Part shown: positions 28,276 through 37,307 of the stretch, in pieces
Layout of the letters: each line of letters starts with the position of its first letter
Position numbering within the stretch: position 1 is the stretch's first letter
Assembly (NCBI GenBank): GCA_023512375.1
Contig: JAILZS010000007.1
Location: 894-64,893 of the forward strand
DNA from: Bacillota bacterium
GTDB lineage: Bacteria; Bacillota; Sulfobacillia; JAJZYS01; JAILZS01
Reading direction: 5' to 3'
DNA: 64,000 nt
The notes under the pieces: generated by a model
The model's input: only the letters and a program-made list of their open reading frames with translations
Database searches by the model: none
What the model was told of the DNA's origin: nothing
Translations under genes and position numbers: made by a program

Positions 28276-29030
28276 GCCGCCTCCTCCTCCCCCGCCAGCC
28301 AGCGCGCCGCCCGGCGCCACAACGTGGCGTACCCCGGCCAGGCGACGAACTCCTCTGGGCACCAGTGGGGACCGATGTCCGACGCCCAGGCGAGGGTGCG
28401 GCCCGCGCCGGCCGTGCCGCCCGCCTGCACCACGAGCAGGGGCTCCCCCGCCGCCTCCACCAGCGTCCGCGCCCCCGGCTTGGGCTTGAGCCGGTTGAGG
28501 CCCAAGAGGTAGGGCCACTCGCCGAGGCCGCGCACGAGGTAGTGGTCGGGCTCCACCACCCTGGGGTCTGCCCCCTCCGGCGCCTCGAGGCGGTCGTCGT
28601 ACGGCCGTACGTCGACGGGCAACACCTCCTCGACCGCCGTCCCGTGGTAGGCGGCGCGCCCCGCCAGGCCCGAGAAGCTCAGGTACCCGCCCACCATGCC
28701 CAGGCCGCCGCCTCGCTCCACGAACTCCTTGAGAAGCTTGAGGCGGTTGGCGGTGCGCCGCCCCCGAAGCCACGTGTCCGGGTGCAACAGCAGGCTGTTG
28801 GCGCCGATGTCGCTGAGGAAGACGACGTCGTAGGCCATGAGCCCCTCGAGGGAGGTCGGGAACTCCGCGGGCACGCGATGCGCGGGCAGGTAGTCCACCT
28901 CCCCCGCCGCGCGCAGGGCATGAAGCCACGCCTCCGCCCCCTCCGTGTACTCCCCCACCCCGAACAGGTCCACGCCCTTCACGTGCATGGCCGTCGTCTG
29001 CCAGGACTCCCCGGCGACAAGAATGCGCAC
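28272..29030 (-). CDS. Class I glutamine amidotransferase-like protein (DUF1355/STM3548 family)
   Basis: ILVAGESW, YDVVFLSDIGANS, MVGGYLSFSG, SDIGPHWCP. Confidence 0.85.
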   Translation of the reverse strand: MRILVAGESWQTTAMHVKGVDLFGVGEYTEGAEAWLHALRAAGEVDYLPAHRVPAEFPTSLEGLMAYDVVFLSDIGANSLLLHPDTWLRGRRTANRLKLLKEFVERGGGLGMVGGYLSFSGLAGRAAYHGTAVEEVLPVDVRPYDDRLEAPEGADPRVVEPDHYLVRGLGEWPYLLGLNRLKPKPGARTLVEAAGEPLLVVQAGGTAGAGRTLAWASDIGPHWCPEEFVAWPGYATLWRRAARWLAGEEEAA

Positions 29031-29075
29031 GACACCCGCCTCCATCCGAGGGATCGAGCTGGCCCGGCCGCGACG

Positions 29076-30131
29076 TCACCAGGAGAACGCCCGCCGCGGG
29101 TTGTCCACCAGCAGGCGGCGCAGGAGCGCCTCGTCGGCGCCGTGCCGCCGGAGCCTGGGGACGAAGTTCCGCAGGATGTGGTCGTAGCCGAAGCCGCCGT
29201 ACGACTTGAGCTGGATCTTGACGAACGTGTCCTGGGAGATGAGGACCTGGTCGGCGAAGCCGCGGTCGGCCAGGCGCAGGATGGCGCGGGCGTTGGCCTC
29301 GTCGCACGGCGACTGCGCCGCCTGGTCGCGGTAGTAGAAGTCCATGCCCACCATGTCGTACTCCAGGAAGGCGCCGCGGCGGGCGAGCGCCTCCTGGTAG
29401 GCCAGGTCCTCCCCGGAGGGGTTCATGTGGTCGAGGATCACCCGGTCCAGGCGCCCGCCCGCCGCCTCCACGACGTCGAGCACCTCCATGCCGCGCCGCT
29501 TCCAACCGGGCAGGTGGACCGAGAGGGGAACCCGCGCCCGCGCGTGGGCGCGGGCCGCGGCGACAAGGCACTTGCGTTCCTGGGGCGTGAAGTCCTGCCC
29601 GACGCCGATCTCCCCCACCAGGCCGGCGCGGATGCCGAACTCCGGATCGCCTTGCATGAGGTCGCGCAGCATGCGCTCCTCCAGCCACCCGGGGTCGGCC
29701 GCCGCCACCTCCGGCGGGTGGGAGGGCTCCAGGTAGTAGCCCGTGCCGGAGACGATCCTGAGCCCCGTGAGACGGGCGATGCGCCGAAGGCCCACCACGT
29801 CTCGGCCGATGCCGTGCACCGTCTGCTCCACCAGCGTGCGCCCGCCCAGGGCGGCGAAGGCCGCCGCCTCCCGGGCCATGGCCTCGACGTCCGTCAGGCG
29901 CACGTTGTCCAGGCTGGCGAAGGGGTCCATGCGCAGCCGCCCCAACTTGTCCATCGTCACCGGTCCGTGCGCCAGCTCGTGGTCGCCCGCCTCGGCGGGC
30001 GGCTGCCACCACGCCCGGTTGTCGCACAGAAGGTGCTCGTGCATGAGGGTCACGCCCAGCTCGTCCAGGGGCACGGGCCCTTCCACCGTCTGCACGTATT
30101 GCGTCGGAGCCCCGTCCGTTGCTTGTGCCAC
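29076..30131 (-). CDS. Phosphotriesterase-family amidohydrolase
   Basis: GVTLMHEHL, GIGRD, GTGYY, GEIG, SVH, DH, ISQD, GGFGYDHIL, NPRR. Confidence 0.9.
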   Translation of the reverse strand: MAQATDGAPTQYVQTVEGPVPLDELGVTLMHEHLLCDNRAWWQPPAEAGDHELAHGPVTMDKLGRLRMDPFASLDNVRLTDVEAMAREAAAFAALGGRTLVEQTVHGIGRDVVGLRRIARLTGLRIVSGTGYYLEPSHPPEVAAADPGWLEERMLRDLMQGDPEFGIRAGLVGEIGVGQDFTPQERKCLVAAARAHARARVPLSVHLPGWKRRGMEVLDVVEAAGGRLDRVILDHMNPSGEDLAYQEALARRGAFLEYDMVGMDFYYRDQAAQSPCDEANARAILRLADRGFADQVLISQDTFVKIQLKSYGGFGYDHILRNFVPRLRRHGADEALLRRLLVDNPRRAFSW

Positions 30132-30181
30132 CTCGCTCCCCCTCTCCGTCCACCCGTGACGACCCATGCGGCCCGGCCGCC

Positions 30182-31210
30182 TCAGCCCGTGCGCCGGCTG
30201 CGCTGCCAGGCCAGGATCTTCTCGTTGCCGAGGATGGCGCCGAGGATGATGATCCCCTCCGCCACCTGGGTGAGGGCGGGCTGCACGTGCAGGAGGATGA
30301 GGGCGTTGGTCACCATGGCGATGATGAGCGTGCCGAGGAAGGTGCCGAGCATCGTGCCCTCTCCCCCGAACAGGTTGGTGCCGCCCAGGACCACGGCGGC
30401 GATCACATCGAGCTCGAAGGTGGAACCCACGTCCGCCGAGCCGGTAGAGAGGCGGGCGACGACGATCAGGCCGGCGAGCGCCGTGGCCACCGAGGAGGCC
30501 ACGTACACCCACACCTTGGTCGCCACCACGTTGACCCCCGCCCGCCGCACACTCTCCTCGTTGGCCCCGATGGCGGTGATGTGGAGGCCCGTGCGGGTGC
30601 GGTTGAGCACGAGCGCCCCCGCCAACAGGGCCAGGACGGCCAGCACGGCGGGCACGGGCAGGCCCAGGATCCAGCCTTGGCCCAGGGCGTCGAAGGCGCT
30701 ACTGGTGACCGGGATGGAATAGCCGTTCGTGAGGTAGAGGGCGAGGCCTTCCAGTGCCGACAGGGTGGCGAGGGTGACGATGAAGGGCGGGATGCGCTGC
30801 ACGGCCACCACGTAGCCGTGGATGAGCCCCACGCCCGCCCCCAGGGCGAGGACCAGGAGGCTGGCCAGCTGCCAGCTCCACCCCGCCTGCATGAGCAGGG
30901 CGGCGACGCTCCCCGACAGCGCCAGGAGCGACCCCACGGACAGGTCGATGCCCCCGGTGGTGATGACGAGCGTCATGGTCACGCCCACCAGCAGGTCGGG
31001 CGCCATCTGGCGGGCCATGTTGAGGAGGTTCTCGGCCGTGAGGAAGTAGGGCGTCGTGAGCGCGAAGGCCAGGAACAGGGCGAGGAAGACGGCCAGCAAC
31101 GTGGCCAGGGGCAGGGGGAGGAGGCCGCCCGCCGCCCCCGCGCGGGCGACGCTGGGACCGCTCCGCCCCGGCGACGGCCCGGCGCCCCCCTCACGCGGGT
31201 TTTCCGACAA
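30182..31210 (-). CDS. Sugar/nucleoside ABC permease (RbsC-like)
   Basis: GGIDLSVGS, IPPFIVTL, ELDVIAAVVLGGT. Confidence 0.92.
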   Translation of the reverse strand: MSENPREGGAGPSPGRSGPSVARAGAAGGLLPLPLATLLAVFLALFLAFALTTPYFLTAENLLNMARQMAPDLLVGVTMTLVITTGGIDLSVGSLLALSGSVAALLMQAGWSWQLASLLVLALGAGVGLIHGYVVAVQRIPPFIVTLATLSALEGLALYLTNGYSIPVTSSAFDALGQGWILGLPVPAVLAVLALLAGALVLNRTRTGLHITAIGANEESVRRAGVNVVATKVWVYVASSVATALAGLIVVARLSTGSADVGSTFELDVIAAVVLGGTNLFGGEGTMLGTFLGTLIIAMVTNALILLHVQPALTQVAEGIIILGAILGNEKILAWQRSRRTG

Positions 31211-31922
31211 TGGCGTTCACCACCCGTTCCAGCGTCAGGCCTGCGGTGGGCCAGTCCGCCACCTTGCGCCCCTCGTACAGCACGGCCACCCGGTCGGCGA
31301 CGGAGAACACGTCCTGCAGGCGGTGGGTGATGAACAGGATCGCCACCCCCTGGTCGCGCACCCGCCGGATGAGGGAGAGCACCTGCTCCACCTCGGCCAC
31401 GCCCAGGGCCGACGTGGGCTCGTCCAGGATGAGGACGCGAGGCTGGAAGGTGACCGCGCGGGCCACCGCGATGGCCTGGCGCTGGCCCCCGGAGAGCGTG
31501 TCGACGCGCTGGCGGGTCGACGGCACCCGGATGTCGAGCGACCCCAGGAGGGCGGCGGCGCGCTCGTGCATGGCGCGCTCGTCCATGAGGCCGAAGCGTC
31601 CCACCACCTCGCGCCCCAGGAAGAGGTTGTGGGCCACGTCCACCGTGTCGCACAGCGACAGGTCCTGGTAGACCATCTCCACGCCCAGCTCGCGCATGCG
31701 GCGAGGCGTCGGCGCCGTCACCTCCCGCCCGTCGATCGCCACCCGGCCGGCGTCCGGCACGACGGCGCCGCTCAGCACCTTCATGAGCGTCGACTTGCCG
31801 GCGGCGTTGTCGCCCAAGAGGGCGAGCACCTCGCCCGCGTCCACGCTCAGGTCGACCCCGCCCAGGACGCGGTGGTTGCCGAAGCTTTTCACGATCGCGT
31901 GCATCTCGACCAGTGCGGCCAT
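31191..31922 (-). CDS. Single-domain sugar ABC ATPase
   Basis: GDNAAGKST, LSGGQRQ, ILDEPT, ITH; 243 aa. Confidence 0.92.
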   Translation of the reverse strand: MAALVEMHAIVKSFGNHRVLGGVDLSVDAGEVLALLGDNAAGKSTLMKVLSGAVVPDAGRVAIDGREVTAPTPRRMRELGVEMVYQDLSLCDTVDVAHNLFLGREVVGRFGLMDERAMHERAAALLGSLDIRVPSTRQRVDTLSGGQRQAIAVARAVTFQPRVLILDEPTSALGVAEVEQVLSLIRRVRDQGVAILFITHRLQDVFSVADRVAVLYEGRKVADWPTAGLTLERVVNAIVGKPA

Positions 31923-31949
31923 GCTTGGCACCCTTCCCCCCGGTGGCCG

Positions 31950-31982
31950 CCGGGGGGCACGCGGGCGCCCGCGCGCCCCCGG
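31950..31982 (-). other. Intergenic stem-loop after the ABC substrate-binding gene (possible mRNA stabiliser)
   Basis: GGGGGC-a-CGCGGG-cg-CCCGCG-c-GCCCCC imperfect hairpin between the SBP and ATPase genes. Confidence 0.4.
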
Positions 31983-31992
31983 GCCCACCGGG

Positions 31993-32967
31993 TCAGTACA
32001 GCTTGTTCGTGAACTGGTTCAGGTTGGCGCGGGTGACGATGGCGAGAGGCAGGACGTCCTGCGACGGCACCTTCTGGTGGTGGAGGAGGCGGATGCAGTC
32101 GCGCACCGAGATCTCCCCCTCGGCGTAGGGGTCCTGCTCCACCACCGCGACCACCCAGCCCTGCCGGATGCCGGCCACCGACTCCGGCGAGAGGTCCCAT
32201 CCGAACACCTTCACCTGGCCGGTGGCCCCGTGCGCCTTCACCGCCGCCACGGCGCCGATCAGGGCCGGCTCGCCCGTGGCGTAGATGAGGTTGAGCTCCG
32301 GGTTGCCGGTCAAGAGATCCTCGGCCGCCGACAGCGCCACCTCTTGCTGGTTCTTGCCGTCGACCACCTGCACGACCTTGATGCCGGGCACGAGGGAGAG
32401 AGCCTTCTCGAAGCCGTTCTGGCGTTGGATCTGGATGAACGAGTTGAGGGCGCCGACGATGCCGACCTCCGCCTTGCCCCCCATGTGCTGCTTCACGTAG
32501 GTGTCGACGAACCGGCCCAGGGCGTAGCCACCCTGCCAGTTGCCGACTCCCACCCAGGTGCGTACGCCGGGGCCCCGCGTCTCGGCGTCCACGGCCACGA
32601 CGGGGATGCCGTGCTTGGCGGCGTCGCGGATGGCGGGCAGGATGCCGTGCACGTCGATGGCGTCGACAATGATGGCGCTCACATGCTGGGCCACATAGTC
32701 CTCGATGGCGGAGTTCTGGGCTTGGGGGCTGTTGTTGGCGTTGTAGATCACGAGCTTGGCCCCTACCGCCTTGGCCGCGGCCTGGGCGCCGGCATTCATG
32801 CGCTGGAAGAAGAGGGCCTGGAAGTTGATCGTCACCAGGGCGATGGTGGGCGGGTGGGCCGCGCTGCGCTGGCGGGCGGCCGCCGCGGGGGCGACGGCCG
32901 TGCCCATGACGGCCGCGGCCATGGCCGCCAGCGCCGTCCAGCGCGCGAGGGTGTGCATCGGGCGCAT
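31993..32967 (-). CDS. Sugar ABC substrate-binding protein (RbsB-like)
   Basis: Signal peptide, FFQRM, GIPVVAVD, R..GF, VFGWD, QDPY. Confidence 0.9.
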   Translation of the reverse strand: MRPMHTLARWTALAAMAAAVMGTAVAPAAAARQRSAAHPPTIALVTINFQALFFQRMNAGAQAAAKAVGAKLVIYNANNSPQAQNSAIEDYVAQHVSAIIVDAIDVHGILPAIRDAAKHGIPVVAVDAETRGPGVRTWVGVGNWQGGYALGRFVDTYVKQHMGGKAEVGIVGALNSFIQIQRQNGFEKALSLVPGIKVVQVVDGKNQQEVALSAAEDLLTGNPELNLIYATGEPALIGAVAAVKAHGATGQVKVFGWDLSPESVAGIRQGWVVAVVEQDPYAEGEISVRDCIRLLHHQKVPSQDVLPLAIVTRANLNQFTNKLY

Positions 32968-32993
32968 CCGTTTTCCCTCCCAGCCGGATGTGG

Positions 32994-34190
32994 TTACGGA
33001 ACGAGGGGGTCGCCCGGGACCCCGGCATCACCCCCCCGTCCGGCCTGACTGAGCCGCCGCACCGTGGACGCCACCACCGGCACCAGGCGGCGCACGTTCG
33101 CCTCCATGCGCGGATCGACCGTGTCGCGGGCGGTGTGGATGATCTCCTGGTCGTCGACCGTCCACATGATCGACGGCACCCCCCGCGCCGCGAACGCCAT
33201 GTGGTCGCTCGCCGGCGGGGGCGGGAACTTCACCTCCAGGCGCAGGGGGTCGGGGCGGCCGTCCTCGAACGCGGCCACCGCCACCTCGTCCAACGCCTCG
33301 GGCCAGATCCACGCCTCGAGCAGCTCGCCCCGCCCCACGCCGTCCAAGTTGACGAACGACGCCGTCGCCAGGGCGCCGGCATGGGCGGCGCAAAACGCCT
33401 CCGACCCGATGAGCCCCGCCTCCTCGCCGTCGAACAGGACGAAGGCGGTGGTGTCCGCCAGCGCCGGCGGCAGGGAGGCGGCCACCGCCAGGAGAAGGGC
33501 GACGCCGGCGGCGTTGTCGTACGCCCCGGAGGTGGTGGGCACGGTGTCGAGGTGCGCGCCCACCACCACCCGCGGCGGGAGGGGCGGCCAGGCGACGAGG
33601 TTCACCCCCCGCGCCGTAGGCGCGCGGCGGGCGAGGGCTACGCGCACCGTCACCTCCGCGCCCGCCGCGTGCCAGCGTTCGAGAAGGGGACGGGCGTCCG
33701 CCCCCACCGCGAGCCGCGGCAGGCAGGCGGATCCCGGCGGCACCGCCTGCGGCACTGCCGGCCCGTCCACGCGCTCCGCCACGTACGCCTGGGGACGGCG
33801 GCCCGCGGCGTCCCACACCGCCCACCGCCGCCACGGGCGGTAGCCCCAGACGCGGAACTCGCCCATCGGCCGAAGGCGGCCGCGGCTACCCTCGGGCGGC
33901 GTGGGCGGCGACCCGAGGAAGGCATGGCCCTTGACCGCGCCGTCCGGACCCTCCAACGCGTGCGGTCCCGCCTCCTCCCAGGGCGTGAGGGGGAAGCGCT
34001 CCTCGCTCAGTTGGTGGCGGCGCAGGGTGCGGGCTAGGGCCCCGGCGGCGAGTTCCCTTGCCCTCTCCAAGGCAGGTGAGGCGGAGGGGCGGGGCGGGAG
34101 CGCCGCCAATCCCCGCCACAGCGCCAGCGCCGCCTCCACCCCGGCGGACGGGTCGGAAGGCGCACCCGCGCCCGCCGCCGCCCGCGTCAC
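32994..34190 (-). CDS. M28-family Zn peptidase/amidase
   Basis: GAHLDT, GAYDNAAGV, DGEEAGLIGS, NLD, SDH, HTARDT. Confidence 0.85.
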   Translation of the reverse strand: MTRAAAGAGAPSDPSAGVEAALALWRGLAALPPRPSASPALERARELAAGALARTLRRHQLSEERFPLTPWEEAGPHALEGPDGAVKGHAFLGSPPTPPEGSRGRLRPMGEFRVWGYRPWRRWAVWDAAGRRPQAYVAERVDGPAVPQAVPPGSACLPRLAVGADARPLLERWHAAGAEVTVRVALARRAPTARGVNLVAWPPLPPRVVVGAHLDTVPTTSGAYDNAAGVALLLAVAASLPPALADTTAFVLFDGEEAGLIGSEAFCAAHAGALATASFVNLDGVGRGELLEAWIWPEALDEVAVAAFEDGRPDPLRLEVKFPPPPASDHMAFAARGVPSIMWTVDDQEIIHTARDTVDPRMEANVRRLVPVVASTVRRLSQAGRGGDAGVPGDPLVP

Positions 34191-35218
34191 GCCCCGACCC
34201 TCCCGGACGCGGGCGGCGCCGCCGACTCGCGTACCACCAGCTCCACCGCCAGGACGCGGTTCATCACCGCACCGTCTCGCCCCTGGATGCTCCCCAGGAG
34301 GGTGTCGAGGGCCTGGCGGGCGATCTCCTCCACGGGCTGGTGCACCGTGGTGAGGGCCGGCGTGAGGTAGCGGGATAGAGGCATGTCGTCGAACCCCACC
34401 ACGCTGAGTTCCTCGGGCACCCGAAGGCCGAGGGCGCGGGCGGCGCGCATGACGCCGGCCGCCTGGTAGTCGTTGGCGGCCAGCACCGCCGTCGGCCTCT
34501 CCCCCGCCCTCCACAGGTCGTTCATGGCGTCAAAACCGAACGCGTCCGTGTACGGTCCCATGCGCGCGAGCGCCGGGTCGAATGCGATGGACGCCGCCTC
34601 GAGCGCCTCGCGGTGGCCGCGGAGGCGCTCGCGCGCCGTCATGAGCTCGCCCGGCCCGCCCACGTAGGCGATGCGGCGGTGGCCCAGGCTTACCAGATAG
34701 GCGGTGGCGCGCCGCGCCCCCTCGGCGTTCTCCACGAACACCCGCGGCACCGGCGGCAGGCCCTCCACGTCCTCGTCCACCAACACCACGGGCAGCCCGC
34801 GCTCGATCGCCTCCGCCAGCGCCTCGTTGGCCGGGTTCATGCCGCAGTACACGAGTCCGTCCACGAGGCCGTGCGACAAAAGCTCCGTGTACTCCCGCTC
34901 GCGCGAGGCGAGGCTCTTGGTGTCGCACAGGAGGACGCTGTAGCCGCCGTGGTCGTAGGCGCTGGTCTCCAGCTCCTCCGCCAGGCGGGCGAAGAACGGG
35001 TTCGTGATGCCCGGCACGAGAAGGCCGATGGTGCGGGCGGAGTTGGTTGCCAGGCGTCGGGCCAGGGGGTGGGGGCGGTAGCCGAGGGCGGCCACGGCAC
35101 CGTCGATGCGCTCCGCCACGGCCGGCCGCACGCGCAGGCTGCCGTTGAGATAGCGCGACACCGTCGACACCGAAACGCCTGCCCGGGCGGCGACGTCCCG
35201 AACCGTCACCCTGCGCAT
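34187..35218 (-). CDS. LacI-family transcriptional regulator
   Basis: TVRDVAARAGVSVSTVSRYLN, YRPHPLARRL, NPFF, SVVGFDD, LTTV. Confidence 0.95.
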   Translation of the reverse strand: MRRVTVRDVAARAGVSVSTVSRYLNGSLRVRPAVAERIDGAVAALGYRPHPLARRLATNSARTIGLLVPGITNPFFARLAEELETSAYDHGGYSVLLCDTKSLASREREYTELLSHGLVDGLVYCGMNPANEALAEAIERGLPVVLVDEDVEGLPPVPRVFVENAEGARRATAYLVSLGHRRIAYVGGPGELMTARERLRGHREALEAASIAFDPALARMGPYTDAFGFDAMNDLWRAGERPTAVLAANDYQAAGVMRAARALGLRVPEELSVVGFDDMPLSRYLTPALTTVHQPVEEIARQALDTLLGSIQGRDGAVMNRVLAVELVVRESAAPPASGRVGA

Positions 35219-35232
35219 GCCATCCCACCACA

Positions 35233-35323
35233 AAGTAAACCGGTTGCTTAGCCTCCAAGCTATCTCCAGCCTAACAACAAGTCAATATGGAGTCTTTGCG
35301 GGATTCGAAAAACAACCGGTTGC
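35233..35323 (-). promoter_or_regulatory. Sigma-A promoter flanked by two LacI-type operators
   Basis: TTGACT (35285-35280)-N17-TAGCTT (35262-35257); operator-like palindromes AAACCGGTTG (35237-35246) and CAACCGGTTG (35313-35322). Confidence 0.7.
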
Positions 35324-35557
35324 TCTTCCTCTGCCCCACGCCCGCGAGGGCCGCCCGGCGCCCTGGCGCCGGGCGGTGCGCCAGAGTTCACCGCCTCTGC
35401 GCAGCGGCGCCCAGGCAACGACCCGCCGCCGGATCGGCCACGAGCACCTGCCTTCGCTGCCTTTGGCCGTTTCCCGCCCGCCCGACGAGCGGCGCGTCGT
35501 CTGAAGCGACAACAAAACGAAGAGGGACGGCCGTAACCCGTCCCCCGGAGGTGGCCT

Positions 35558-35900
35558 ATGTTGTTGTGCCACGACCAAGCCGACGCGACCGAGGGCCCGG
35601 ACGCAAAGGGGTCGCGCGGTCGGCGCCGCCAGGTGGCCCGCCGACACGGAATCGACCTCAAAAGCCGGCGTCGCCAAGACCTTGCGCGCATCTGCCGCGA
35701 CGGGATGGAGGCGTTCTGTCTCGATGTCGGCCTTGGGGCGTTTGCCGAGGCGATGCAGGCGGAGGTCGAGGAGATCGGCGAGCCGCGCGGGCGGCGGATG
35801 GCGCCGCTACGCGCGCTACGGCGCGGCGCCGGGGAGCATCGCGATCGGCTCGCGCAAGGTGGCGATCGAAAGGCCGCGGGTGCGGGAGCTGGGCGAATCC
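35558..35900 (+). pseudogene. IS256-family transposase N-terminal remnant, frameshifted and truncated
   Basis: RBS GGAGG; GMEAFCLDVGLGAFAEAMQAEVEEIGEPRG, then in another frame RYGAAPGSIAIGSRKVAIERPRVR, typical of Mutator/IS256 N-termini; no DDE core. Confidence 0.65.
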
Positions 35901-35964
35901 CTCACCTGCGTCCATCGCAGAGGCAGGGAACAGCTGTTCATCGCCGCCGAAGGCTCGCGCTGGT

Positions 35965-36345
35965 TCAGACCACCCGTACGAGGTCCGAGTACCGGCCCAG
36001 CAACCGATCCCCGGTAACCAATATCAACGGCTCCTCGACCGCCTGCGCCACCAGAAGACGGTCGAACGGATCCTTGTGAATCGGGGGAAGCCGCGCCACC
36101 AGGGCAGCGTGTACCGCTCGAACGGGCAATTCCTCGTATCCACTGCGCTCGATCCCCGCCACAAGCTCGGCGGGGTCGGCTTGCAGCCTCCCGATCGCCG
36201 CCTTGATCGAGGCCTCCCAAATGGACGCTGCACTCACGAACACCGCGTCTGCCGCCTCGATGTCACGCCGCACGGTCGGATCCCATCGCGGTGCGTCCGC
36301 AAGGCACCCAAGACACACCTGGGTGTCAAGCAGAAGCCGCATCAA
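35965..36345 (-). CDS. vapC: PIN-domain toxin (VapC family)
   Basis: LLLDT, VSAASIWE, HKDPFDRLLVAQA, LVTGD. Confidence 0.9.
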   Translation of the reverse strand: MMRLLLDTQVCLGCLADAPRWDPTVRRDIEAADAVFVSAASIWEASIKAAIGRLQADPAELVAGIERSGYEELPVRAVHAALVARLPPIHKDPFDRLLVAQAVEEPLILVTGDRLLGRYSDLVRVV

Positions 36346-36578
36346 TCGCCCTCGAAGGCGCGAAGGATATCCTCCGGCACAGGGCCATCGAAATCGCTGG
36401 CAATCGAGATCTTGCCCTTGAGGACACCGAAGGTACGGCGAGGACGCGGCGCCCGGATCGGTACGAGACGCGCCACCGGCTTTCCCGCCTTGGCAATGGT
36501 GACTTCCTCGCCGCTCGATACGTATTCCAGCAAGCGCGACAGGTTGGTCTTGGCCTCATGGATGTTGACGGAGCGCAC
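36342..36578 (-). CDS. Phd/YefM-family antitoxin
   Basis: VNIHEAKTNLSRLLE...GEEVTIAKAGKPVARLVP. Confidence 0.92.
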   Translation of the reverse strand: MRSVNIHEAKTNLSRLLEYVSSGEEVTIAKAGKPVARLVPIRAPRPRRTFGVLKGKISIASDFDGPVPEDILRAFEGD

Positions 36579-36592
36579 GCACCCGCCCCCTT

Positions 36593-36633
36593 TGAAACTA
36601 AGTTTAGTCTAGTTCACCCGCTCCGGAAGTCAA
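36593..36633 (-). promoter_or_regulatory. TA promoter/operator
   Basis: TTGACT-N16-TAGACT overlapping the imperfect inverted repeat TGAACTA...TAGTTTCA. Confidence 0.5.
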
Positions 36634-37031
36634 GGGCTGCCGCCGGCACCCTTCCGTCCGCCTTCCACCGAAGTGCCGATCGCGCGAAAGGGCCCCCCGG
36701 GGCCGCCCATCGGCGGCCGGCCGGCGCAGAGCAGGTTGTCGGCATCCGAATCCGAAGTACACATCGAAGCAACACACGCGGGTGCGCGTTGCGATATGCT
36801 CCGGCCTGTCTCCCGGCCGGAGCTTGCCGACCGAGAACGACGGATGTTCTGAAGGGATGCCCGTACCCCGGAGCGTCGGCCGCGGCCCCACATCGCGTCA
36901 CGGACTCGACCGCAGCTGGCCGACCGCCGCATACGGCGCACGACCCTCGTCCCGAGGGAACTCCCGGGCGCTAGTCGCGATGACCGCCTGTGCATCGGAC
37001 GCATGCGCGATGCCGCTCTGTCGGCAATGTC

Positions 37032-37292
37032 CTATGTGAGGGACCGCTTGTTGGACGAAGGCCGGAATCGGCGAAGCCAGGAGTACACCCGATCGGCCGG
37101 CGGCTGGTGTGCGTCGGCCCACCTCGCCCCCGTCATGCCGCTCGCACGAAGATCGGCGATCCGGCCACGCCACAGGGATTCGACTTCGCGCCGCTTCTCC
37201 TTCGTCGTCCGCTCGCCCCCCAGAGTCGTTCTCTAGGAGGATCATCGGACGTCCGCGGCTCCCGTCCCATGCGTGTTCCATTCGACGCTTAC
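37032..37292 (-). mobile_element. IS66-family left-end remnant with decayed tnpA (orf1)
   Basis: Starts GTAAGCGTC at 37292 (IS66-type end); start-less frame 37208-37032 reads TTKEKRREVESLWRGRIADLRASGMTGARWADAH...VYSWLRRFR, like IS66 TnpA; no tnpB/tnpC. Confidence 0.65.
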
Positions 37293-37307
37293 CGCGGTTC
37301 GACGTGG

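Noticed and set aside
36745..36800. NPKYTSK peptide reminiscent of a TnpB zinc-ribbon lead-in
   Set aside because: No CxxC or RuvC residues follow; too short to support
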